Source: Bacteroidales bacterium
GTDB lineage: Bacteria > Bacteroidota > Bacteroidia > Bacteroidales > WCHB1-69
Direction: 5' to 3'
Length of the DNA stretch: 64,000 nucleotides
Assembly (NCBI GenBank): GCA_017395245.1
Contig: JAFPVR010000011.1
Location: 54,659 to 118,658 of the forward strand
Shown here: positions 1 to 11,764 of the stretch, in pieces
Layout of the letters: each line of letters opens with the position of its first letter
Position numbering within the stretch: the first letter of the stretch is position 1
Notes under the pieces: model-generated
Database searches by the model: none
Seen by the model: only the letters and a program-made list of their open reading frames with translations
Told to the model about the DNA's origin: nothing
Translations under genes and position numbers: made by a program

Positions 1-106
1 CGAGCCTTTCCGCGCCGAGAAGAAAGTCGGCCGCAACGACCCGTGCCCGTGCGGCAGCGGCAAGAAATACAAGAACTGCCACGGCCGCCTCGACCCTAAC
101 GCATAA
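1..106 (+). CDS. secA: Preprotein translocase SecA, C-terminal end (5' part outside window)
   Basis: Frame 2 reads ...[29 protein letters not shown], the SEC-C zinc-binding tail. Stop TAA 104-106 overlaps the next ATG. Confidence 0.7.
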   Translation, partial: EPFRAEKKVGRNDPCPCGSGKKYKNCHGRLDPNA

Positions 107-1218
107 TGAAAAAAGTCATCCTTTCGGTCACGGAGGACCTCTATACCGACCAACGGATGGACAAAATGTCCCTTTTTCTGCACAAAAAGGGCTTTGATGT
201 CACACTCGTCGGCCGCCGGTATGGGGATTCTCCTGCATTGTCCGCACGCCCGTACAAAACCAAGCGGCTGCGGCTGCTTTTCCGAAAGGGATTTCTCTTC
301 TACGCCGAATACCAGTTCCGACTATTTCTCTACCTGCTCTTTCAGAAATGTGATTTGTTGGTAGCCAACGATTTGGACACGCTTCTACCCAACTATCTAA
401 TCAGCAAGTGGCGCAAGAAACCGTTGGTGTATGACAGCCACGAATACTTCTGCGGCGAGCTGTCGGTCATCAGCAAACCCATCTCCTACAAGGTGTGGCA
501 TGGCATCGAACGCCGCATCTTCCCGAAGCTGAAAACCACTATCACCGTGAGCCAGTCCATTGTGGACCAGTACGAAAAGGAGTACGGCGTGCGTCCCTAT
601 CTCGTGCGCAACATCCCGACGGCAGCCACCCCGCCCGTAACAGCCACTCGCGAAGAGCTCGGGATGCCGACCGACAAGACCGTACTGCTCCTGCAAGGCG
701 CGGGCATCAACGAAGGGCACGGGGTTGAAGACCTCGTGAAGGCCATGCAGCAACTCCCTGATTGCCACCTATTTATCGTTGGAACGGGGACTATAATACC
801 GCAGTTGAAACTGATGACGGAAACGTTAGGCTTACGCGACCGTATCACGTTCATCCCGCGCCAGACCCGCGAACGGCTGTTCAATTACACCGCCCTCGCC
901 GACATCGGGATTTGTCCGGGCAAGGATGTGGGTCCCAACGCGCGGTTCAGTCTGCCGAACAAGATTTTCGAGTACATCAAAGCCGGAACGCCCATGGTGG
1001 TGGCCGATCTTCCCGAGTGGGCGCGAGTGATGCGACAATATGAGGTCGGGACGATTGCGGCGAACTTCACACCGGAGACCATCGCCGCCGCCGTAAAGGA
1101 GCTTTCCGTGCCGGAAAAGCTGGCCACGTGCCGCGAGAACTGCCGCGCCGCCGCCCAAGACCTCACCTGGGAGAACGAGGAAAAGGTTTTGGAAGAGGTT
1201 TACCGACCGTTTCTTTAA
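106..1218 (+). CDS. Glycosyltransferase, GT-B fold (group 1 / GT4-like)
   Basis: 370-aa ORF. The C-terminal half has ...FEYIKAGTPMVVADLPEW..., typical of group-1 glycosyltransferases. The ATG overlaps the secA stop. Confidence 0.7.
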   Translation: MKKVILSVTEDLYTDQRMDKMSLFLHKKGFDVTLVGRRYGDSPALSARPYKTKRLRLLFRKGFLFYAEYQFRLFLYLLFQKCDLLVANDLDTLLPNYLISKWRKKPLVYDSHEYFCGELSVISKPISYKVWHGIERRIFPKLKTTITVSQSIVDQYEKEYGVRPYLVRNIPTAATPPVTATREELGMPTDKTVLLLQGAGINEGHGVEDLVKAMQQLPDCHLFIVGTGTIIPQLKLMTETLGLRDRITFIPRQTRERLFNYTALADIGICPGKDVGPNARFSLPNKIFEYIKAGTPMVVADLPEWARVMRQYEVGTIAANFTPETIAAAVKELSVPEKLATCRENCRAAAQDLTWENEEKVLEEVYRPFL

Positions 1219-1246
1219 TCTTGCCCATTGCTGAAGACGCACGGTT

Positions 1247-1274
1247 GTAGAGACGCACGGCCGTGCGTCTCTAC
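1247..1274. repeat. REP-like palindrome GTAGAGACGCACGG|CCGTGCGTCTCTAC (perfect)
   Basis: 28-bp perfect palindrome 3' of the glycosyltransferase gene. A half copy GAAGACGCACGG lies just upstream (1233-1244). Confidence 0.9.
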
Positions 1275-1312
1275 GAAAAAAACATAATGTACATGCGTGT
1301 CAGTATTTTATG

Positions 1313-1320
1313 TACCTTTG
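1313..1320 (+). promoter_or_regulatory. Bacteroidetes -7 box TACCTTTG (xylA)
   Basis: Matches TAnnTTTG, 37 nt before the ATG. Confidence 0.6.
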
Positions 1321-1356
1321 CGACCGCTTTTTTGGGAATAAATAAACGTAAAAAAT

Positions 1357-2685
1357 ATGGAATACTATCAAGGCAAAACCGCATTCTTTCCCAATGTGGG
1401 GAAAATCAATTTCGAAGGAAAAGAGTCCAAAAACCCGCTGGCTTTCCACTATTATGACGAGAACCGCGTGGTGATGGGCAAGACCATGAAGGAGCATCTC
1501 AAGTTCGCCATGGCCTACTGGCACACGCTTTGCGCCGGAGGTGAGGACCAGTTCGGAGGTCCGACGAAGACCTTCCCGTGGAACAACGATTCCGACCCGA
1601 TTTCCCGCGCCAAACTCAAGATGGACGCGGCCTTCGAGTTCATGACCAAGTGCTCGATCCCCTACTACTGCTTCCACGATGTGGATGTGGTGGAGCCAGG
1701 TGATACGCTGGCCGAATTCGAGAAACGTCTCGCCACCATGGTGGAGCACGCGAAAGGATTGCAACAGGCTACGGGAAAGCAACTTCTGTGGTCCACAGCC
1801 AATGTCTTCGGACACAAGCGCTACATGAACGGTGCCGCCACCAATCCCGATTTCCACGTCACGACGTTTGCCGCCACGCAAATCAAGAACGCCATCGACG
1901 CGTGCATCGCCTTGGGCGGTCAGAACTACGTCTTCTGGGGCGGTCGTGAGGGATATATGTCGCTGCTCAACACCGACATGAAGCGTGAGAAAGAGCACCT
2001 TGCCATGATGCTGACGATGGCCCGCGACTACGGCCGCAAGCAAGGCTTCAAGGGCACCTTCCTCATCGAGCCGAAACCGATGGAACCAACGAAGCATCAA
2101 TACGATGTGGATGCCGAGACCGTCATCGGATTCCTGCGCCATTACGGATTGGACAAGGACTTTGCCCTGAACATCGAGGTCAATCACGCGACCTTGGCCG
2201 GTCACACCTTCGAGCACGAGCTGCAGTGCGCCGCCGATGCGGGTATGCTGTGCAGCATCGACATCAACCGCGGCGACTACCAAAACGGTTGGGACACCGA
2301 CCAGTTCCCGATTGACATCTACGAGCTGACGATGGCCTGGTTAGTCATCCTGCAGGGCGGCGGATTCACCACTGGCGGTACCAACTTCGACGCCAAAACG
2401 CGCCGCAACTCCACCGATTTGGAAGACCTCTTCTACGCCCACATCAGCGGCATGGACGCCTTCGCCCGCGCATTGCTCACCGCCGCCGCCATCCTCCAAC
2501 ACTCCGACCTCCCGAAGATGCGGGCCGCCCGTTACGCCTCCTTCGACGAAGGCAACGGCAAAGCTTTCGAAGAGGGCAAGCTCACCTTGGAAGACATGCG
2601 CAATATCGCCCTGCAACTGCCTGAACCGAAACAAATTAGCGGCCAGCAGGAACTGTACGAGATGATCGTGAACATGTACGTGTAA
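1357..2685 (+). CDS. xylA: Xylose isomerase
   Basis: 442 aa with FHDVD, WGGREGY, FLIEPKP and [10 protein letters not shown] motifs and a length typical of class II XylA. TACCTTTG box 37 nt upstream. Confidence 0.95.
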   Translation: MEYYQGKTAFFPNVGKINFEGKESKNPLAFHYYDENRVVMGKTMKEHLKFAMAYWHTLCAGGEDQFGGPTKTFPWNNDSDPISRAKLKMDAAFEFMTKCSIPYYCFHDVDVVEPGDTLAEFEKRLATMVEHAKGLQQATGKQLLWSTANVFGHKRYMNGAATNPDFHVTTFAATQIKNAIDACIALGGQNYVFWGGREGYMSLLNTDMKREKEHLAMMLTMARDYGRKQGFKGTFLIEPKPMEPTKHQYDVDAETVIGFLRHYGLDKDFALNIEVNHATLAGHTFEHELQCAADAGMLCSIDINRGDYQNGWDTDQFPIDIYELTMAWLVILQGGGFTTGGTNFDAKTRRNSTDLEDLFYAHISGMDAFARALLTAAAILQHSDLPKMRAARYASFDEGNGKAFEEGKLTLEDMRNIALQLPEPKQISGQQELYEMIVNMYV

Positions 2686-2692
2686 AATTGTG

Positions 2693-2700
2693 TACTTTTG
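2693..2700 (+). promoter_or_regulatory. -7 box TACTTTTG (ridA)
   Basis: TAnnTTTG, 22 nt before the ATG. Confidence 0.6.
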
Positions 2701-2721
2701 CAATTTCAAAAATAATACATT

Positions 2722-3096
2722 ATGAAGAAAGTAATCCACACCAACAATGCACCGGCCGCCATCGGGCCGTACAGCCAGGCTATCGAAGCCAACGGCATGC
2801 TTTTCATTTCCGGTCAGATTCCCGTGAATCCCGCCGACGGCACTGTGCCTGAGGGCATTACCGCCCAAACCGAGCAGGTGATGAAGAACATCGCCGCCAT
2901 CCTCGACGAGGCCGGCTACACCTTCGACAACGTGGTGAAGACCACCTGTCTGCTCAGCGACATCGCCAACTTCGGTGCGATGAACGAGGTCTATGCGACC
3001 CGCTTCCCCTCCAACCCGCCCGCCCGCGCCGCCTTCGCCGTGCGCGACCTCCCCAAAGGCGTGATGGTCGAAATTGAGGTCATCGCCGCGAAATAA
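2722..3096 (+). CDS. ridA: RidA family (YjgF/L-PSP) reactive-intermediate deaminase
   Basis: 124 aa with NAPAAIGPYSQA...ISGQIP...AR.AF.V..LP....VEIE signature. Confidence 0.9.
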   Translation: MKKVIHTNNAPAAIGPYSQAIEANGMLFISGQIPVNPADGTVPEGITAQTEQVMKNIAAILDEAGYTFDNVVKTTCLLSDIANFGAMNEVYATRFPSNPPARAAFAVRDLPKGVMVEIEVIAAK

Positions 3097-3104
3097 TACA
3101 AATT

Positions 3105-3132
3105 GTAGAGACGCACGGCCGTGCGTCTCTAC
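3105..3132. repeat. REP-like palindrome (perfect copy)
   Basis: Identical 28-mer between ridA and the ABC-F gene. Confidence 0.9.
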
Positions 3133-3141
3133 GTTTTATTT

Positions 3142-5025
<1,884 letters not shown>

Positions 5026-5028
5026 GCC

Positions 5029-5103
5029 CGCAGACCTGACGGCCTGCGACAACACGCCCGTACACGTCTGTGCTACCGAGCCCGGCAGACCTAACGGCCT
5101 GCC
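5029..5103. repeat. Duplicated small hairpin (C/G)GCAGACCTRACGGCCTGC(G/C)
   Basis: Copies at 5029-5048 and 5084-5103 in the GC-rich spacer after the ABC-F gene. Confidence 0.7.
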
Positions 5104-5241
5104 AACACCCGCGACCGTAACAACGAGATACCGTTCCGACCGCGAACCAGCCCGTTAGGGCTGAAGGGCTCGGTAGGAATGCGGAGAGTGGTTCGAAGGT
5201 TGCGCACGCCGTAGGTGTGCGGGGAATCCAAGAAACGGTTT

Positions 5242-5790
5242 TTAGGGAACCGTGATAGGGATTGTAGTTCGACAGTTTATCTCTGATGTACTCAGATATA
5301 CATTATAGTTCCCAGGTGAAATATTGTTTATATCTATGGATTCATTGGGATTTATCATATAGTGATATACGAGTGCATTATCAGAATTTGTGACATGTAT
5401 GTACATCGGATACCCATCTGTACTCCCTGTTGTGGTATTGGATATCGATAAAATATTATTATTGATATCTACTGTAGCAGATGGGGAAAGTACATCGATT
5501 TCCAATGACTCTGTACATATGTTTGAGTTCCCATTTATGCTCATTATATTGTAGATAGTGTGAGTTTGAGGACTTAGTGTGATATGATTGTCGTGTATCG
5601 TATCATAGGTGGTTGCATCTGGGCCGAATCCGTAATTTTTGATGGCACGGATTACTACTTCTGAGGTGGGAGATACATCAAAGTGCCAGGTGTATGAATC
5701 ACCTTGGCATATCCATATGAATGCCTGCTGACTAAAGCAATATTGCAGGGCCCCTAAAACTAAGACTAAAAAAATGATTAATTTTCTCAT
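5242..5790 (-). CDS. Hypothetical secreted protein with N-terminal 'ICQGxxYxW' domain
   Basis: AT-rich ORF. Start chosen at MRKLIIFLVLVLGALQYCFSQQ (signal peptide). The N-domain is paralogous to that of the divergent neighbour 5932-7596. Confidence 0.6.
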   Translation of the reverse strand: MRKLIIFLVLVLGALQYCFSQQAFIWICQGDSYTWHFDVSPTSEVVIRAIKNYGFGPDATTYDTIHDNHITLSPQTHTIYNIMSINGNSNICTESLEIDVLSPSATVDINNNILSISNTTTGSTDGYPMYIHVTNSDNALVYHYMINPNESIDINNISPGNYNVYLSTSEINCRTTIPITVP

Positions 5791-5851
5791 ATCACGAAAC
5801 AATAGGTCTTTTTGATTTATCCCGAACACCAATCCCGGTCATTTCCAGCCG

Positions 5852-5859
5852 CAAAAGTA
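5852..5859 (-). promoter_or_regulatory. -7 box TACTTTTG on minus strand (5242-5790 gene)
   Basis: Plus strand CAAAAGTA in the divergent intergenic region. Confidence 0.5.
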
Positions 5860-5900
5860 AAAATATTTTTCATACGCATGAATAGTTTTGAGTTTTTTTG

Positions 5901-5908
5901 TAATTTTG
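5901..5908 (+). promoter_or_regulatory. -7 box TAATTTTG (5932-7596 gene)
   Basis: TAnnTTTG, 24 nt before the ATG. Confidence 0.55.
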
Positions 5909-5931
5909 CGCTTTCAAGTTGGCTTTGGATT

Positions 5932-7596
5932 ATGAAGAGAATTACATTGTTTTGCTGTATTGTGTGCATAGCCATCTGTGGTTATGCCAGACATGATGTC
6001 ATCTACATCTGCCAGGGTGAAGTGTATGAATGGGATATCAGTGAATATGCTACACCTGGTGATACTCTCGTGTATGCGAGTGGTCCTATCGATTGGACTT
6101 TCTTCTATCAAGAGGCACAGTATGATACCGTGGTTGGAAATATTGTGTCGCTATCACCGTCTATGGATAGGGCATACAAGCTCATATCTATCAATGGAAG
6201 TGATTCTGTGATAAGTGACTGTCCAGTCTATGTGACTTTGCATATCAAGGCACCTCCTACTATCACTATCGATTCTATCAAGCATGTCACATGTCCTGAT
6301 GGAGCATTTTATCCTTATATGGATGGAAGTTTTCATGTGAGCTTAGATGATTCTGTACAAAATTATGCATGGATAAGAGTGGAGGTGGATACACCATTTT
6401 TTTTTGTCCATTATGCTTATGACTCTGTGACACTAACTAGTTTAAGGTCAGGAACTTATAATGTAGTAGCACATGGAGTTAATGGTTGTCACTATTATGA
6501 TAGTGTAACTATTGAACAACCGGAGCCATGGGTTTGGATTGAGGATTCTCTGTATGTAGATACTGTCTGTTTTGGAAATTCAGGATGCCTTAATATTCCT
6601 GTATATGGTGGAACTCCTCCGTGGTATTTTACATGGTTTTATTTTGAAAATACATCAAATGGCTTGGATACAGTAATATTGGAGGATACTACTCGTTTAG
6701 GTTGTGGATTATATTCAGGTATATTGTATAGAGTATGGATGTATGATTCTAGAGGTTGTAAAGCGGGAGGTAATGAGATATTTTCATTAACAGGGTATCT
6801 CTACGAATGGGTGGAAGACAGTACTCATATCATCACAACCGACAGTATAGCCTGCTATGGTGGAGAATTCATGGTGCAAGCACAGAGTATAGGAGAAGGT
6901 ATATATACCTGGCATGTAGGAGACATATCAGATAGTATCAACTACTGGACAGGAGTCTATGGAGACTCCATGTTTGTAGCGGACTATCTCACTCCACCAA
7001 TGCTAGAGCCTACATGGGTGTATGCAGAATTCTCTGACCAGCATCATTGTGTTAGTCGTGACTCTATCTGGGTGGAAGTATATAATCCTGATGTATCACT
7101 ATCTATCCTGACTGTTACAATTGTCACAGATTCTAGCTGTACAGTACATGTCTCTCCACCTGGAGGGAATCTGTATCTCGATGATGCACTAATCTCGTAT
7201 AATATCCCAGAGAATTTCACATTTTCTACTGCTGGAATTTCAGTAGGAGAACATATGCTGAAATATTCAGGAATATTTGGAAGCGAGATAGGATTGGCAT
7301 GTGAGGATGAAATTTCTCAGCCAATTCAGGTGGAAATTAATCCATTTGTACCAAATTGGGAATACAATATCTCAATCTATCCGAATCCAGTGACAACCAC
7401 TCTAAACTTGGTTAGTACAGAGATTTCTGATTTTGAATTATCAATCTTGGATATGACAGGAAAGGTAATCAAGACAGAGAGGATGCTGGATCAGAATTTC
7501 GTATTTGATGTCTCGGATTTAGCATCGGGGATGTATATGCTTCGTCTTGTATCTCATGATGGAGCAAGCAAGGTAGTTAAATTCGTGAAGAGGTAA
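5932..7596 (+). CDS. T9SS type-A sorting-domain protein with SprB-like Cys repeats
   Basis: Start at MKRITLFCCIVCIAICGYA (signal peptide). Internal C.G..G...V.GG.PP..F.W repeats. C-terminal IYPNPVTTTLNL...GMYMLRLVSHDGASKVVKFVKR matches the Por/T9SS CTD pattern. Confidence 0.75.
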   Translation: MKRITLFCCIVCIAICGYARHDVIYICQGEVYEWDISEYATPGDTLVYASGPIDWTFFYQEAQYDTVVGNIVSLSPSMDRAYKLISINGSDSVISDCPVYVTLHIKAPPTITIDSIKHVTCPDGAFYPYMDGSFHVSLDDSVQNYAWIRVEVDTPFFFVHYAYDSVTLTSLRSGTYNVVAHGVNGCHYYDSVTIEQPEPWVWIEDSLYVDTVCFGNSGCLNIPVYGGTPPWYFTWFYFENTSNGLDTVILEDTTRLGCGLYSGILYRVWMYDSRGCKAGGNEIFSLTGYLYEWVEDSTHIITTDSIACYGGEFMVQAQSIGEGIYTWHVGDISDSINYWTGVYGDSMFVADYLTPPMLEPTWVYAEFSDQHHCVSRDSIWVEVYNPDVSLSILTVTIVTDSSCTVHVSPPGGNLYLDDALISYNIPENFTFSTAGISVGEHMLKYSGIFGSEIGLACEDEISQPIQVEINPFVPNWEYNISIYPNPVTTTLNLVSTEISDFELSILDMTGKVIKTERMLDQNFVFDVSDLASGMYMLRLVSHDGASKVVKFVKR

Positions 7597-7598
7597 CA

Positions 7599-7625
7599 GT
7601 AGAGACGTGCATGCATCGTCTCTGC
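7599..7625. repeat. REP-like palindrome (variant core TGCATGCA)
   Basis: GTAGAGACGTGCATGCATCGTCTCTGC, 3 nt after the stop of 5932-7596. Confidence 0.8.
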
Positions 7626-7628
7626 TTT

Positions 7629-7690
7629 AACCGTAAACCAGCGGAATCTATAATTATTTTTTAGATTCCGCTGGTTTATGGTTATTTTTT
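7629..7690 (+). terminator. Intrinsic terminator (22-bp stem) after the T9SS protein gene
   Basis: AACCGTAAACCAGCGGAATCTA / TAGATTCCGCTGGTTTATGGTT. The single mismatch is a G-U pair on the plus-strand RNA. Followed by ATTTTTT. Confidence 0.8.
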
Positions 7691-7691
7691 C

Positions 7692-7699
7692 TATCTTTG
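7692..7699 (+). promoter_or_regulatory. -7 box TATCTTTG (ATPase 7716)
   Basis: TAnnTTTG, 17 nt before the ATG. Confidence 0.55.
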
Positions 7700-7715
7700 C
7701 AAAAAAATTCAGGTC

Positions 7716-9146
7716 ATGCTAATAGGAAGAGAAAAAGAGCAACAAATTCTAAAAGAAGCACTTACAGATGAGTATTCTCAGTTTATCGCTGTGTATGGTC
7801 GTCGCCGTGTCGGGAAGACATTTCTGATACGCGAGTCGTATGACTATCATTTTACATTCCAGTTCACAGGAGCAGCTAAAACTCATACAAAAAAACAACT
7901 GGCACGCTTTCGCATGGCATTAAAAGAACATGGATTGACAGACTTACCACCCGTATTAACCAATTGGATGACTGCCTTTTCTGAACTCAAGCGTTTCATT
8001 TCGCTACAACCCGAAGGTAAAAAAGTTATATTCCTTGACGAGCTACCTTGGATGGATGCACCGCGTTCCGGTTTTCTTTCCGAACTTGAATCTTTTTGGA
8101 ACGGATGGGCTTCAGCCAGAAAAGACATCGTCTTTGTGGTCTGTGGTAGTGCCACATCTTGGATGGTGAAAAAGATAATCAAAAACAAAGGTGGACTACA
8201 TAACCGACTCACCCACCGTATTGCACTAAAACCCTTTTCACTTCGCCTATGCGAAGAAATGATGGAGTCGCGCGGAATTGAGATGACTCGAAAGCAAATC
8301 CTGAATGGATATATGATACTCGGTGGAATCCCGTATTATTGGAGTCTGCTGAATAAAGGCGCCAGCCTCTCACAAGAAATAGATCGCCTTATTTTTTCAG
8401 AAGATGGCGACATGCACGACGAATTCAGCATGCTTTACGCCTCACTTTTCAAGAAACCAGATCCTTACATCAAGATTATTAGCTTGTTAGCTGAAAAAAA
8501 AGAAGGAATGACCCGGTTGGAAATCATTGAGAAAGGGAAATTGGACGACAATGGTGCTTTGTCTGAAATATTGAAGGAACTCGAGTGGTGCGGATTCATC
8601 CGTGGCTATTCCATGTTAGGCAAACAGGTGAAGGATGAAATATTCCAACTTATTGATCACTATACCCTATTTTATTATGAGTTCATTCAGGGTAAGCGTC
8701 ATGGCAAGAACTTCTGGCAGGCCATGGAAGGCAAGCCGCAGTACAACAACTGGTGTGGACGTGCTTTCGAACGTACTTGTTTATGGCATATTGACCAAAT
8801 CAAACAAAAACTCGGAATCAGCGGCGTATTAACCAACGAGTACGCTTGGCGTTATAATCCAAAGAATAATCCTTCTGCAACAGCCAGCGAAGGAGTGCAA
8901 ATAGACCTGCTTATAGATCGAAGTGACGGCATCATAGACCTCTGCGAGATAAAATATTCAAACTACAAATTCACCATTACTGAAGCCTATCAGGAAAAAT
9001 TAAGTCGTCGGAAAAGCATTTTTGCAGAAGTTTCAAAGACAAAAAAAGCCCTTCACACGGTATTCGTGACAACCGATGGCTTAGCACATAACGCATATTC
9101 AGGCAATATCCAAAACGAAGTTTGCCTGAACGATTTATTTATGTAA
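7716..9146 (+). CDS. AAA ATPase (archaeal-ATPase/DUF234-type 'ATP-binding protein')
   Basis: Walker A YGRRRVGKTFL and Walker B IFLDELPWM. Paralogue of 43705-45162. Confidence 0.8.
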   Translation: MLIGREKEQQILKEALTDEYSQFIAVYGRRRVGKTFLIRESYDYHFTFQFTGAAKTHTKKQLARFRMALKEHGLTDLPPVLTNWMTAFSELKRFISLQPEGKKVIFLDELPWMDAPRSGFLSELESFWNGWASARKDIVFVVCGSATSWMVKKIIKNKGGLHNRLTHRIALKPFSLRLCEEMMESRGIEMTRKQILNGYMILGGIPYYWSLLNKGASLSQEIDRLIFSEDGDMHDEFSMLYASLFKKPDPYIKIISLLAEKKEGMTRLEIIEKGKLDDNGALSEILKELEWCGFIRGYSMLGKQVKDEIFQLIDHYTLFYYEFIQGKRHGKNFWQAMEGKPQYNNWCGRAFERTCLWHIDQIKQKLGISGVLTNEYAWRYNPKNNPSATASEGVQIDLLIDRSDGIIDLCEIKYSNYKFTITEAYQEKLSRRKSIFAEVSKTKKALHTVFVTTDGLAHNAYSGNIQNEVCLNDLFM

Positions 9147-9157
9147 ATACCACTTTT

Positions 9158-9868
9158 ATGCATTACTTCTACTCCCTTGACATATCCCAACCCTTCGTCA
9201 CCTTAAGCAACGAAGAATCAGAACATTGCGTACGGGTGATGCGGCACCGCGAAGGCGATGCCGTGCGCGTCACGGACGGGCGCGGGCACTTGGCGGAGGC
9301 AGTCGTGGCGGAAGCGCACCCCAAAAAGTGCCTGTTGGAGATTCGTCAACAAATCACCGACAATATCCTTACACACAACGGTTTGCATTTGGCCATCGCA
9401 CCCACCAAAAACGCCGACCGCATGGAGTGGCTGTTGGAGAAGGCCATCGAGATCGGCATCTACTCGCTGACGTTCCTGCAGTGCGACCATTCTGAGCGCA
9501 CGCACCTCAACCTCGACCGTCTGCAACGGTTGGCCATCGCAGCATTGAAACAGTCGCAAACCACGTGGCTGCCGCCGCTCAAGACGATGAAATTCACGGA
9601 TTTTATCCAACAAAACATTGACACACAAGCAGATAAATTCATCGCGTGGTGTGACGAGAACAACCAGCGACAATTGGTGGACATGCCACGGCAATTTCCT
9701 GAAATGATTTTATTGATTGGTCCCGAAGGCGACTTTAGTGAAGAGGAAATTTCCCTGGCACGCGAGTCCGGCTATATAGAAGTAAAGCTCGGCGACCGAC
9801 GGCTTCGTACGGAAACAGCGGGGCTTTATGGATGCCTTGCGGCATCTGTGAATGTTTTGCGGAAATAA
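9158..9868 (+). CDS. rsmE: 16S rRNA (uracil1498-N3)-methyltransferase
   Basis: MHYFY start, HCVRVMRHREGD, LLIGPEGDFSEEE...LG.RRLRTETA motifs of RsmE. Confidence 0.85.
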   Translation: MHYFYSLDISQPFVTLSNEESEHCVRVMRHREGDAVRVTDGRGHLAEAVVAEAHPKKCLLEIRQQITDNILTHNGLHLAIAPTKNADRMEWLLEKAIEIGIYSLTFLQCDHSERTHLNLDRLQRLAIAALKQSQTTWLPPLKTMKFTDFIQQNIDTQADKFIAWCDENNQRQLVDMPRQFPEMILLIGPEGDFSEEEISLARESGYIEVKLGDRRLRTETAGLYGCLAASVNVLRK

Positions 9869-9944
9869 TGCGGAAAAGCGGAAAAATGCGGAAACCTGTT
9901 ATAAATTTCCGCACTTTTCCGCTTTTCTGCGAATGTTTCCGCAA
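9857..9944. terminator. Long imperfect hairpin between convergent rsmE and dnaJ (bidirectional terminator candidate)
   Basis: The left arm TTGCGGAAATAATGCGGAAAAGCGGAAAAATGCGGAAA pairs with the right arm TTTCCGCACTTTTCCGCTTTTCTGCGAATGTTTCCGCAA. The arms are built from GCGGAAA repeats. Confidence 0.7.
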
Positions 9945-9946
9945 TA

Positions 9947-11119
9947 TTACTGGAAGAATTGTCTGACGCGGTTGAACACGCTCTTGTCTTTCTTGCCGGG
10001 CTTCGGCACAAAATTCTCGTGCGTGCTCAGTTGCTCCAACATCGCTTTTTCCTCCTTGGTCAGGGACTTCGGAGTCCAGACATTGACATTGACGATGAGG
10101 TCGCCGACAATGCGCGAGTTGACTTGCGGTAATCCCTTTCCTTGCAAACGCAGGATTTGTCCGCTCTGCGTACCGGGCGCAATCTTGATTTTGACCTTGC
10201 CGGTAAGCGTGGGCACCTCCACGGAAGCACCGAGCGCAGCCTGCGGAATGCTGACGTAGTAGTTGAGGTAGAGGTTGTTGCCGTCACGCTCGAAGAGGTC
10301 GTGGTCGGCCACCTCGAAGACAACGAGCAGGTCACCGTTGACACCGCCGCGTTGCGCGGCATGGCCCTTCTGCGGCACCGTCATCTGCATGCCGCTATCG
10401 ACGCCGGCGGGGATGTTGATGGTGATGACCTCCTCGCCCGACACCGTGCCGTTGCCGTGGCAGTGCGGACAGGGATCTTTGACAATCTCGCCGCTGCCGC
10501 CGCACTTCGGACAGACGCTGGCCTGCTGGATAATGCCGAACACACTGCGCTGTTGGCGAACGACCTGGCCGCTGCCGTGGCAGTCGGGACAGGTGGTGAC
10601 CCCGTGGTCGTCCTTTGCACCGGTACCATGACAGTGCGGGCACGGCACTTGCTTGTTAATCTTGACTTTCTTTTCCATCGGAGCGGCCACCTCTTCAAGG
10701 TTCAGCTTCACCTTGATGCGGATGTCGCCGCCGCGGCGCACACGCCGTTGCTGACCGCCGCCACCGAAGCCGCCACCGAAGCCGCCACCGAAGTTAAATC
10801 CGCCGAAGCCGCCACCAAAGCCGCCACCGAACACATCGGCAAAGTGGCTGAAGATGTCGCTGAAGTTCATGCCGGAGAAGTCGCTGGCTTCGGCACCCAT
10901 ACCGGCGTGACCGAACTGGTCGTAACGCGCCTTCTTGTCGGGATTGCTCAGCACATCGTACGCCTCCGCAGCCTCCTTGAACTTCTCCTCCGCCTCCTTG
11001 TCGCCCGGGTTGCGGTCGGGGTGGTATTGCATGGCCTTCTTACGGTAGGCCTTCTTTATCTCGTCTGCCGAGGCCTCTTTCGAGACACCCAACACCTCAT
11101 AATAGTCTCTTTTTTCCAT
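9947..11119 (-). CDS. dnaJ: Molecular chaperone DnaJ
   Basis: J domain with HPD (YHPDRNPGD), G/F-rich linker, four CxxCxGxG zinc motifs. Confidence 0.97.
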   Translation of the reverse strand: MEKRDYYEVLGVSKEASADEIKKAYRKKAMQYHPDRNPGDKEAEEKFKEAAEAYDVLSNPDKKARYDQFGHAGMGAEASDFSGMNFSDIFSHFADVFGGGFGGGFGGFNFGGGFGGGFGGGGQQRRVRRGGDIRIKVKLNLEEVAAPMEKKVKINKQVPCPHCHGTGAKDDHGVTTCPDCHGSGQVVRQQRSVFGIIQQASVCPKCGGSGEIVKDPCPHCHGNGTVSGEEVITINIPAGVDSGMQMTVPQKGHAAQRGGVNGDLLVVFEVADHDLFERDGNNLYLNYYVSIPQAALGASVEVPTLTGKVKIKIAPGTQSGQILRLQGKGLPQVNSRIVGDLIVNVNVWTPKSLTKEEKAMLEQLSTHENFVPKPGKKDKSVFNRVRQFFQ

Positions 11120-11134
11120 ACTGGTGTCCCTTTC

Positions 11135-11764
11135 TTACTGGCCGACCACCACTTTCGCGTAGCGGATGACCTTGTCTTTGAGTTTATAGCCCTTCTCCGT
11201 GACGTCGATGACCTTGCCCTTGTCCTCCTCTTTCTGTGCGGGGAAATGGGTGACGGCCTCGTGGAAGTCGGTATTGAACTCCTCGCCCTTGGCTTGGATT
11301 TCCTCCACATCGAAGCGTTTCATCATTTGAAGCAACTTATTGTAAATCAGGTTAAAACCTTCCTTGATAGAGTCAATATTGTCGGCTTTTTCGTTAGCGG
11401 TGATAGCACGTTCGAAATCGTCGATAATAGGCAGAATGCTCACAATCACCTTCTCGGAGGCGGTGGAAATCAGGTCAAGTTTCTCCTTGCTGACCCGTTT
11501 CTTGTAGTTGTCAAATTCGGAAAAGAGGCGCAGGAAACGGTCGTTGAGTTCTGCCTTCTCGGTATTCAGCTTCTCAATTTCTGCCTGCAACTCCTGGATT
11601 TTTTCTTTGTCTTTGTCTTTCTTTTTGCCAAAGAAACCTTTCTTATTTTTGTCAGTATTCTCCTCTTTTTCCGACAAATTGTCAGTATTTTCCTGTTCTT
11701 CCACATTCAGTTCAGGCTCTTGTACCTGTTCTTCCTGAATCTTATTTTCTTGATTCTCTTCCAT
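11135..11764 (-). CDS. grpE: Nucleotide exchange factor GrpE
   Basis: Acidic coiled N-terminus, then RL.AEFDNYKKR and a C-terminal beta domain. Sits directly upstream of dnaJ. Confidence 0.95.
   Translation of the reverse strand: MEENQENKIQEEQVQEPELNVEEQENTDNLSEKEENTDKNKKGFFGKKKDKDKEKIQELQAEIEKLNTEKAELNDRFLRLFSEFDNYKKRVSKEKLDLISTASEKVIVSILPIIDDFERAITANEKADNIDSIKEGFNLIYNKLLQMMKRFDVEEIQAKGEEFNTDFHEAVTHFPAQKEEDKGKVIDVTEKGYKLKDKVIRYAKVVVGQ

Noticed and set aside
1300-2283. 327-aa minus-strand ORF inside xylA. Similar long antisense ORFs lie at 3151-4302, 10142-11818, 19950-21203, 32383-34212, 39358-40152, 41927-42595, 45368-46537, 51965-53047 and 53349-55298.
   Set aside because: All lie opposite confidently recognised GC-rich genes. 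Their translations are Arg/Gly/His/Val-rich and low in complexity, with no motifs. They are typical shadow ORFs.
5180-5215. tRNA-like T-loop string GGTTCGAAGG in the GC-rich spacer after the ABC-F gene.
   Set aside because: The flanking bases cannot form a T-stem (GAGTG versus GGTTG), and no acceptor or anticodon arms could be drawn. I found no tRNA elsewhere in the window by eye either.
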